Shown piece after piece: positions 51,950 to 62,402 of a stretch of DNA of 64,000 bases. Below the pieces are notes generated by a model that saw only the letters and a list, made by a program, of their open reading frames with translations, ran no database searches and was not told the origin of the DNA. Both the position numbers and the translations under genes were made by a program. The number at the start of each line of letters is the position of its first letter. The stretch's first letter is position 1. The stretch is from Phoronis australis (lineage: Eukaryota; Animalia; Phoronida). The stretch lies in NCBI GenBank assembly GCA_002633005.1, contig NMRA01000899.1, positions 1-64,000 of the forward strand. Direction: 5' to 3'.

Positions 51950-53023
51950 GTAAGCACTCAAGCTCCAGCTGTTATGTAATGTGTGTCAGTCATGTTGTCT
52001 TTCTCATATATTGATATAATAAGTTCCAGTGAATTGAATAGACACTCTTGCAAATTTGTGCATGCAGCGTTTAATGTCAACATACACTGAGGCAGCGCTC
52101 AATTTGGCAACCTGCAACCTCAAATTGTGATTGGCGGTCTAGGAAAAATTTCATGTTGCCACTGTGAGTATCAGAGTTAGACAATAATTCTCTCTAAATT
52201 TGTTTCAAAGTTCATGTTGACTTCCAAACATTAAATTACTAACAGTTTTCTTAGATTCATAAACTTTTGATTCAAAATTGTTCCATTTATTTCGTGAAAG
52301 CAGTGCATTTCCATCACAGCCGTCAGCACACATGAAACGCGCTTAAATTACAACAGGAAGTAAACAGACGGAATTCTCAATTGTTTGGCAAAAATTGGGA
52401 AAGATCTGTGAACATCGTGTCACGAGTGTAGGCGATCGTCTGCATTCTGTGTTCGTTCATTGGCAGAGGGAATCTAGTTAGAGAATGAATGTACATTTAC
52501 ATTATAGCGCAAGATACTGAGAATGAGTCGCGTTATGAACGTACAGCCCTTTTTCAGTCTGCAATTATGCCAGGTCGGTTACCCTAGGATTTTTGCGACT
52601 TGGCGTTAACCTAAGGGTCAAGCACTGACTCTGGGCTTGACACGTACCATAAAGTCTACTCACCTCATGTGACTTGACAATACTCTGAGGACATCACTGA
52701 GGATACCCGTATGCAGGGTTGAGAAAGACCTTGCTCCTACAAACAACTCCAAAGTTCTCTGCAGCCAAAAATAAAGAAATGAGAAACCTGACTGGCGTTT
52801 TATCAGGTCGTAAAATAAAATCTGAGGTGGCATTGAAGCAAAAAATTAGCATGGGTTCCACTTGGTTCCCTGTTGGGAACGTGATGTTTTTTAGGGAAAT
52901 ACTGTGTTCGTTGCTTGGTACTTTCACCATTTGCTGATATCCAACTATGTGTTTACATCATCCAATTACAAGGAGCCCCTCATTCCTGAGGTCCACCTAT
53001 GTGTTTATATCGTCCAATTACAG

Positions 53024-53257
53024 GGAGTCCCCTCGTTCCTGATGCCAAACTTCGTGCTGCAAGTGTTCTACTTTGCCCTCACATGCTTAAACATCATTGG
53101 ATGCTTTGCCACGGTGGATGACATCAAGGTGTTGCTGACCCAGTTCCTGGACCGTTGCAATGCACCAGTCGAGTGGAAAGAAGAAGTACAGAGCATGGAT
53201 AGTCATTGGCTCACTCTGATTGTGGCTGCAGTCGTCGTCTGCATCCTCCTATTCAAA
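53024..53257 (+). CDS. LAPTM4: LAPTM4-like exon 4
   Basis: ttacag|GGA...AAA|gtaagt. Encodes GVPSFLMPNFVLQVFYFALTCL...WLTLIVAAVVVCILLFK (TM3/TM4). Confidence 0.9.
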
Positions 53258-54023
53258 GTAAGTTTTGCAGATTTTGCTGTGGGCCTCCAGACCATTTTGC
53301 TCAAGGCTCCACTGTAAAAACTGATCAAGCACAATAACGTGAATTTTTTTTCAAAGCACGCGATGCCTTTCATATAGTGATTTCTGTAGGAAATCTTGTT
53401 GGTCAATGGTCATGACTTATGGTCACTTACAACATGTAAAATTGGCCAGACTGGCTCCAGGTGTCAAGGTCACTTGGCCATTTGTTTACTTTGGTTTCTG
53501 GTGTGTGAGTCTACGATGAACTCGCAGCCTGTAGGGAAGAGTAGTCCACGATGAGTACACTCCCTTCTCGCTACAGTGGGTCAACTAGGATGATGCTGCT
53601 GAAAACACCAGCTGAAGGGCACTACTACATGTCCGCAGACTTTCTGTCACCTGTAAATCGCAGTGCTTGTTCTTGTAGTGAAACCCGAGTGACTGCTCTT
53701 AATTCACTCCACCGGTTTGGTTTAGTAAATCAGCTAAGACATGTGGTATTGGTGATTTGTTCTGGGATACGTAGCACTGTATTGGGTGTCTGGACGGTTG
53801 GACAGGAAGGGTGGATTATGTGAAGCCTCTGAGTCAGAGTCATGGGTGGGGTCTGGACAAAGTTGTGCAGAGTCACTGTAACAGCAATAGTTCTTTAGAT
53901 ATATCAGATTTGGCCTTGTGCGACTGTTCCTGCAGTACCTTTGGAGTCGCCCTCAATATTGGCAGTGCCGTAAATGTCACCAACTTGGAGAAAACGCAAA
54001 TATCAAAATAGCCAGTTCTTCAC

Positions 54024-54899
54024 TTTTAATGCGCCCACATATTTATATGTGGACGCATTTTGCTGTCGTCTCCGTCCGTGCGGCGTTCACTGCTCTATCT
54101 CCAAAACCTTTTGACATATGTGCGTGAAATTTTGCACGTAGGTTCCTTTCATGGATGGCACAACATGAGCGAACTTTTGGACGGATCCGACTACCGGTGT
54201 GCCCCTTAGTGGCAGTTTTAGTGTTTGACGTTTACCTCTGTGTCTTCAAAGGTCCTCAACATTTTGTCATAAAATTTGGCAAAAAGGCATCTATTAGTGG
54301 AATGACGCTATACTCTAGTTTTCGGGTGAATTTGACATAGTTTGCACCATCTAGTGGGCATTTTTACTGTTTTTTGGTCTGTTTTGGTGTCTAGCCCTCT
54401 GTCAACCAAACCGCTCTAAGGATGATTGTGAAAATGGCATCTAAGTTATTACTACAGAAAGGATGGCTGATGTTGATTTTCCGACTTCAACTACTGAGGC
54501 GCCTCCTAGTGGCAGCTTTATTTTTTGTTTTGCGCCCATAGCTACATCTTCTAAACCCACTGCAGGATCTTTATTAAATTTGGTAATTGTATTTCTATTA
54601 AGCTAACAACAGATGACTTAGTCTTTCTGGCGGATCCAATGATCGTTTTGCCTCATAGTGGCAAGTTCGTTTTTTCCGTTTTCCTTTGTTCTTCTGAAGG
54701 TCCTTGATAAATTTTTTCATGAAATTTGGCAAATAGCTTTATATTAAAGAAGCTATGGCATGCTTCCGTTTTCAGATGGATTGGATGTTTTTGCGCCATC
54801 TAGTGGCCATTTTTATGAAACAAGTAAACAATCGTAGAAGCATGTTGTTTCGGTGCATTCGTGGGTGCATTTCAACGTTCCGCGTTGCTCTTGTTTTTT
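54024..54899 (+). mobile_element. DINE-1/Helentron-like non-autonomous element (HINE) with ~150-bp internal tandem repeats
   Basis: T-run, then subTIR aatgcgcccac (54028) with a nearby inverted partner, gtcc units, five ~150-bp repeats, a 3' subTIR gtgggtgcatt (54861), hairpin caacg-ttccg-cgttg and a T-run. Confidence 0.75.
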
Positions 54900-55755
54900 A
54901 CATTGTTATGAATGTCGGCCATTTTTCAAAATATTGTCTGGCATTAGCTGTGGTACAGACATTGATCATGTACTGCTAGACATCTTTCAGGGGAAAAATT
55001 GAAAAAACAAAATTTCACTTTACCACCTGATTGTGTCTTTAGATAGTCAGGTTTTACGGTAGTACCTGGGAATAGTCTGGTATAACCCTCCCGCATTTTG
55101 AGAACCAGTTTTCTCCACTGAATAACAGGCATCAATTGGTTCTCAACATGTGGGCACGTTATATCTGACTATTGGCGTAGTGCCCTGTAGGGAAAGTGGC
55201 AACCGTTTGTGCAGTACACGACAAAATTAATCAGTCAAAACTTCCTTCAATTCTCTGTCATGAAGGCAAGCAGAGCTCACCGTCAGGGTATTTTATGAAA
55301 GCTTAGTGCGATAGGAACCCTGATCCATTTTAGGAGATCAATTTAGGAATGCCAGGTAGAGATGAGTCTTTAACCATTATGGTCTCTGCAAGCAAGGTTA
55401 GCCGCTATGACGGATCACTTTTGGAGGGGAGATATCCATATCAGTATGATTATGATATAAACCTTGCAGTCGTCATTTTAAGAAAGAGCCTCTTTAGGTT
55501 TTAAAAAAACAATCCATTTTAGATACGCACGCTCCCACTCACAAACACACACACACATACTTGCACGCATATATCTATGTATGCATGTACAATGTATGCG
55601 AAATAATCATATTTTGCTTTGTGACTATGCACAAAATGCACTGTTTTTTTTTAAACCTAAAAGGAGGCTCTTTGTAACATGGCAACTGCATGAAAAAGGT
55701 GTATTGTTGAAGAGTGGTGGACTATAGCTTTAATTGGCCGCTGTGTCTTTTGCAG

Positions 55756-55875
55756 GCCTATTTGATCAACGTTGTTTATTCTTGCTACAAATACTTGACA
55801 TACGTGCGTGCCAGCCAGAGAGTGACCAATGGTATAACTCACTACATGGACACTGGGGATGGTGAAGATGTGCAG
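55756..55875 (+). CDS. LAPTM4: LAPTM4-like exon 5 (last exon found; ends in a donor site)
   Basis: tttgcag|GCC...CAG|gtgagc. Encodes AYLINVVYSCYKYL..., compared with LAPTM4A KAYLINCVWNCYKY. Confidence 0.92.
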
Positions 55876-56344
55876 GTGAGCAAACTGCAGTTCTTTCTGG
55901 GATTACTGGAGTCTTTTTAAAGTGTATTTACAATAGTGGAAATTATCAAGATTTCTTTAAAAAAAAATTTCAAAAAACAAGAGACTGGAATTTTTGTTGG
56001 GCTGTGAAAGAGTTGTACTGTGTCCAGGTATTTTATTTTTTTGAAAAGGAACAATATTATGTGGCTGCAAAACAGAATTGAATTAATGAAATATTTGAAA
56101 ATGTAATGTTTTGTAAACCTTTAATTACTCTCAGCTGTTTCTCTTGTCTGCATTGTGTGTCATCTGGTTACCTAGGTATTTGTAAGCATTGTTCACAGGG
56201 ATGATTGTATAGCCAAAACATCATTATTGGATTGGATAGACTTGTTTAAATTCTTATCTTTAACCAGAGTTATGAAACAAAATCCAGTGTTTTGTAATTT
56301 TATTACAAATCGCCATTAAGGAGACGGCAACAGCTTCCCATTTT

Positions 56345-56886
56345 CAGACTGACTTGATGTTTTCTGTACCACCTGGTGGCCATTCAAAAACTTGGTATGT
56401 TTTGAACGTCTGCCTCTCTATCTGCCAAACCACTTAAGGGACGGTTATGAATACTGGCGGTTGTGGTCCTGATGTGACAAACCTGGCTAATGTTTATTTT
56501 CGGATGTTTTTTATTATCCTGGCAACATTTAGGTCCAATTTTGCTTTTTTGCGTCTACGGCTAACCCTTTGAAGGATCTTTACGAAATAAGGCTGATGGG
56601 CTTCTATAGAGATGGCACGATGAGTTTCAGACCAATCAGACTGTAGCTGTGCCTAGTGTTCATTTTTTTTTCCGTTTGCCTCTATTTCTTTGGAGTTCCT
56701 TATTTTCATGAAATTTCGCAAATAGTTGCATTTTGCAGAGATGACGCAACTTTCTGAATTCGGATGGGTTTGTTGCATTCTGCGCCATCTAATGTCCATT
56801 TTTATGATACTAAAACCACCCGCAGGAGCACACTTTTTGCAGTGCTGTGTTGGGGTACATTTCAATGCTTTGCGTTGCTCTTATTC
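56345..56886 (+). mobile_element. HINE-like 3' fragment
   Basis: Same repeat units and 3' end (ggggtacatttcaatgctttgcgttgctcttatt) as 54024-54899. Confidence 0.6.
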
Positions 56887-57036
56887 ATTGTTGTGGGCCA
56901 GTCATTCAATGAAATCAGGGCCTCTTACTCGGGCATTTAAATACAGTGAAATACTATTCATGGATGGTTTAAGTTCTCCAGCATAGCATTAGGCTCTCAC
57001 TGCAGGTTTTACAAGNTCGCCATAGGTAGACAATCT

Positions 57037-58414
57037 CAGCCGATTTCATAAAGGAGTTTTAACTAAACCAGGATTAAGACTTAAACCTGGTCTTCCTAAA
57101 CCAGGTCTAATTTTAGACCTAACTTGCATTTCACCAACATGGTTTAAAAGTCTGAATGTCTGGTTTTGTTAGACCATGAAGCGGGTTTAGTAAAACTAGG
57201 TTTAAGTATCCCAAGCCACTCTACTGTGTTGATCCGATTAACCCAACAAAGAAACTATTGAAGTGCTTCAATGAAAACTTGATCATGTGGTTACCTAATG
57301 GCACACAGCAGTAGAATCAGTGCAGACCTTTGCAAAAAGGGCTAAAAGCTTTTCTGAAGAGGAAAAATGTTCCCTCCCATATCTCAGAGAAAAAGTCAGT
57401 GTCCTAGTCGAGAACAAGAAAATTGGTGCCAAATCAAGTCAACGTAAGCAGCAGGCTTGGAAAGATATTGATCCAGAATAAAGGCCAAAAAGAGAATTTC
57501 ATCAGTGAAAAAATTGCAAAGAAAAACGGCGAGTGACCCAGTAGCAGATCTAGGATATCATGAGATTTTTCATTTTGTATTGTCTGTGTGCAACACAACT
57601 ACACACATTAAAGTACTTGTTCACGATTAACCGCAACATAGTAAATGCACACGTTCATTTCCATGTCATTTTACTTTTTGAGGCCAAAGGGGTGCACAGG
57701 GGCGGATTCAGGGTTTCGAGTTAGGGGGGCCAGGGCAGAGTATTAGCCAGGATTTTGACCGTCAGACATTCGCACCCCCGAACTGCCAACTGGAATTTGG
57801 GAGAGTTTTAGGTGGTCATGGCCCCCTTGGTGTCCTTCTAAATCCGCCACTGGGGCAGGACTCCTGCCCGGCAACCTTAAATCGATGACCGATTGAGATG
57901 GAACTCAGCTAGAATAATCATTAGATGCCTTTTTAGTCATATGTGTAGCGCTTACGACGATGACGCTCTGCTCGAACCGTCATTTTCGGAGGAATCCGAA
58001 GGACACCCTTCAGTACGTACTGGTCCACGTATAGGCGGATCCAGGGGTTCAAGGGGTCAGGATCCCCTTTTCCCTTGGTTTTAGTGATATCAAATCAATT
58101 ATTTTCAGATTGTTGACCCAGGCTCTCTTTTTAAAAATCCTTGATCCTACCCCCTCCCCTTCAAAACTTATTCCCTCCCTCTCACGTTTGATATCTTGTG
58201 TCGTCCTAAAACTGAATATTGAAAATAATCCGTTCTCGCCCTAAAACTGCGTCGTAAATGCACAAAACACCATCATCCAGTTGCACCTATATCGTACAAG
58301 TCTGCTATATTTAATAGTATTAAACGTGGGTCTGACCAAGTCTAAAGTTAAACCTGATTTGAGGTCTTAATATAATATATACCTCGTTGGTGAAATAAAA
58401 ACTGACTTAGACCA
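57037..58414 (-). mobile_element. PIF/Harbinger-like element, copy 2 (inverted, one end missing)
   Basis: Colinear reverse complement of 20202->~19175, then interrupted at ttagaccagg. The second TIR is absent. Confidence 0.8.
57697..57852. mobile_element. Short MITE with 5-bp TSD nested in Harbinger copy 2
   Basis: Flanks are gtgca/gggca. The equivalent site in copy 1 (~19746) is empty. Confidence 0.8.
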
Positions 58415-58817
58415 GGGCCCGGTCTCCAATCTTTTTACTCGAAATGGAACTCGAAATTAGGTTTGGCATGTTCTACTCTACTTTTGGGCGAACTTAAGAT
58501 AAGTGTCTATTATTCTATGCTCGAGTACACAATAACTTACGTAGATAATTTATTGCCCTTAGTTCACAGTTTGTAAACCCAATATTAAAGCAATAAGTTC
58601 GAGTTTGAACTCGAAATTTCGAGTTTGTACTCGAGTTTGTAACACGAATATAAGGGTCTTCAAGGGCAAACTTGAACTAGAAACTCCTATGCATAAACTA
58701 TAATGTATTCAAGCCCAGTCTGATAACCAATTATCTTAAGTCCGCACAAAAGGAGCAGAGAAATTACCAAAAATAGTTTCGAGTTCGTTTCGAGTACAAA
58801 GATTAGAGACCGGGCCC
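58415..58817. mobile_element. MITE with long TIRs (GGGCCCGGTCTC ends; Harbinger-like)
   Basis: ~40-bp imperfect TIRs gggcccggtctccaatctttttactcgaaa / tttcgagtacaaagattagagaccgggccc. A decayed partial copy lies at about 60538-60641. Confidence 0.75.
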
Positions 58818-60650
58818 TGGCTTTTTGTGTATGATGGGTGTGCAATAATCAATATGTGGGAACTAAGTTCAACAGACCCAGAAATGACCTAAAACGTTGT
58901 CTTTGGTAAAGTGGTGCAAGTTTATGAGCTTCTAGTTCATCTTTTATCATTCCCTGCCAACATGTATTAGGGCAAGCTTTCAATCATGTTGATCGTAATT
59001 TTCAAAATTTCAATTTATATTTACATTTGGATTAAATACAAGAATTAGAAGTCGTCACTGGAGCCTCCTTGCTTTTGTTTACACTTGTTAGCTCTTTTGA
59101 GGTTATGCATGACCCTAAGAAAGTGACCAAATTTGGCTAATTTCGCAATGTTATGTCTTAGAAATGGCTAATCCAGTTCATATGAAGCTTGCAAATTGCA
59201 TGCTTTGTGCATTGGTCTACAGAATGCTTTTAGAAAACATTTTCAGATGTTTCACATTTGGACGAGGGTCTTCTGATTTTTATGAAAAACAAGTGTTGTA
59301 TCAATCGGAAATGAAATAGTATAGGAAACTAGCATCGCTTTTTGAGATTTTGTGGTCATTTATATCAAAAGAAATTATGCCATGTTATTGATAGCTTGGT
59401 TTGTTGTCAGTGTACCTTTGCTAAATTTTAAAGTTTAGAAGGCTTGGTTATGTGACCCACTTAATGGCACATTGGTAAAACAAAACAAACTCTACATGCT
59501 TTCTCCTCTCAAAAAGTCTTGTACAGTTGTGTGTATATTCGGTTGAATATACAGACTTGTTAAGGTCCTGCATACCCTTACCTGGGATGAACTGACTATT
59601 CACTCCCAGTTGTATGAATGAACTGGGTGTTCACTGGGTAGTTGTATGGATGTCTTTTCGTAGCCATCTTGCCATCAAAATTGCTATTTCTTAATTTTGA
59701 TTTCTAGTAGTAATTAATATTGCAAGGAGCCCATGTTAGCTTTTTACTATTACACCATCGCCATCTGTTGTGCAATTAAGCAGGATTTGCGACAATTCAT
59801 TAGATTAAGAAATGTACGTTTGTATTGACATTAAAAACGGAATGTGATATATTCATGCGTGTGAATACCTTGGCGTGTTTTTCATATCGCAAAATTATGA
59901 ACTGGGAGATGTTGAAACCACGGTCTGTTACAGGAATGTGATAGACTTAAGACAGAACTTTTGTCTTTGACTCCAGATAGTGTATGAAAAATAATTGGAC
60001 CTCGATTGAGCAAAAGTGCCATCTGAATATACACATGGTTGCCTAAGACCAAATGTCTGTCTTCAGTGGCAAGTCCTGTTCATGGAAGGGACTGCTGCAG
60101 ACTGTATGAAGTTTCGTCTCACGGTGTGTGTACTTGCTTTATCTCTTTTCAAGGGTAAAATAAATGGTGTTTTAGTGTTAGACGTTTTTATGCACTTTTA
60201 CCAGGCATGGAATCTTCCTCTTAAAGAGGATTGTTTTGATTTCTTCTTATTTGATTTCCAGTTTCCTCATTTTCGTCTCTTTTTATCATTATTTTGACTT
60301 TTTATTTAAAAAATTCTTGCAGTTAAATTTTACAACACAAAAAATATTTCTATCATTTAAGCCTACTTATTTGTAGAATGACACATCAGCTTGAAAAATT
60401 TTCTCATGTTTTGTAATGGGTCTTTCTAAGCTCGCATGAGTATGTTGTTTCATGCTGGCAGGAACATGAGTCGGTGCTACCGTCTCTCAGCAGGTGGGTG
60501 ACCTCCGCGTAGAAAGTTTCCACGAAAAACATTGTGTGCTCGAGCATAGGAGAATATACACTTATCTTGAGTTCCCACAAAAGTGGACTAGAAAATGCCA
60601 TCAGAAGTTCGATTTCGAGTAAAAATATTAGACTGCGAGCCCAGCCTCCC

Positions 60651-60773
60651 GTTCAGTAATGCTAGGACCTCGCTAAAAAGCAAGACTTGGCGAGATTGTG
60701 AGCTATTGCCGTGTATTTTAAATGAGATCACGTGACTACGCTAGATTTTAGCTGGGTTCTAGCGTTACTGAAC
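60651..60773. mobile_element. Short foldback MITE (relatives at ~23600-23686 and ~32853-32950)
   Basis: gttcagtaatgctag...ctagcgttactgaac TIRs. The shared body ggacctcgc..aagactt..cga..tt...gccgtgtatttt recurs in the relatives. Confidence 0.6.
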
Positions 60774-61575
60774 GCACGCCAGGTTTGTATTTATTGGTAG
60801 CCTGAAGTCTGACACTGCACCATGTGTACTCAGTTTGATGGAAAGTCCGTGGAAATGCTTGAAAATGAACACCCCTGGTGTCTTGGCCCACCTACGATCA
60901 CACACGCGGTGGACGATCGACACCACGAGGTGCTCTTGTTGCCGTTTATAGTTGCAGGTGCCCAATCTCTTTCGTAGCAAAAATTGTGTTTTAACGATGA
61001 AAGAAATATTCCTCCTCTTAGAATACAAATAAATCGTTCAGCTAGTCGCGAGCATATTTTACAGTCGGTTACTCAAAAGTAAAACTGCAGTAGTTTATTG
61101 AAGTCAGTAATCAATGAGAATGACACGGAACGCTGCCTTGATCCATTCCCAAACTCGCCGTGGAAAGTTCAATAGTTCATCACACGTTCTCCACAGTACC
61201 AAGTGAAGCCAGTTCGAGATTGGTAGCCTGTCAATCTGTTTACCGTATTAAGTAATAAGTACTACAATCCAAACCACGAAACTTGCCTAAGGCCAGCAAC
61301 TACATCTCAATTTCACGATTCGGCTTTTCACGATAAACTAAGTGAACTAAGTTAATCATCGAAACAAAATCTTGCTCGGTTGTTCTTGCCAACCTTGAAG
61401 TTTGGAGTGAGTTTGCGTTCGCGTTATCTTGTCAAATTGCTTTTCAAAATAATTCGCTGCTCTAGTGTAATTTTCGACTGCTAATGACATCACAAGCCCC
61501 AGTGTCCACGTACATATGGGATGTTTAGTGGACAAAACACGTTTTTCACCTAATGACTTCACCATTGTTTATGTT

Positions 61576-62402
61576 CTATTTCCCATCTTCTTCATCAGAG
61601 ATCAGTGTCCAGTCGGAATCAACGGAACTCTCCGAGTCGCAGCCGTGGCTTGACAAGAACTCTGGTGAAACTACTCTTTGACAAGGATCATAAATATCGA
61701 TAGGATCCATCACTTTTGCCAGTCGACCAATCTGACGTTTCATCTCCTGCTCGTCTACTCCAAGATCCGTTTCTTCCCTTTCCACCTCTCGCGTGGCGTT
61801 CTGCTCACCGTATTTGGTAACAGGTGTCGCCCATCTAACGTTATGTTGTTTCCGTTTCTCCTCAGTTTCGCCGGACTGGCTGATAGCGTCGTCTCGTTTG
61901 GACTCAGGTTTGCTTCCGAAAAGCTTGAATCCTTTCAATTTTGAAATAACTCGTTGCTTTGCATCCAACCAAGTTAGGTTTTCGCTTCGCGATTTCTCGA
62001 GAACCATAAGAATAGCGGAAAAGTTCTGGTCGGCCAATGTTTCTATTCTGAAAGGAGGATTGAGCAGACGTCGTGTCCTCGCTATCACAATCTCGTTATT
62101 CGCCACGTTAGTCGAGGAGATGTTGGTATGCGACTCGATAGCTTTCCTGAGAATTGACACACTTGCCTTTGATCTCGCTAACTCTTCCTCAACGTCTTGG
62201 GACACTGACTGTGTGTTGAAGGACAACAGGTCAATTTGTTCCATTGAGGTTAATAGCTTTCTTAACCTCTTTCCTCTCGAATCCACGGTTTTTTCAAGCA
62301 TCTCCTCAAACATGGGCTTTAATTCAGGATTTTCAGCGTACGCCTTAAAATACAATGCACACGATATCAAGTATGGTCGTGCAAAACATGCGCGCACCCA
62401 GC
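61576..62402 (-). CDS. Uncharacterised protein, large terminal exon (helical N-part, acidic low-complexity C-tail)
   Basis: Acceptor ttcttcag|GC followed by 275 open codons to TAG with protein-like composition. The upstream coding exon was not identified. Confidence 0.75.
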
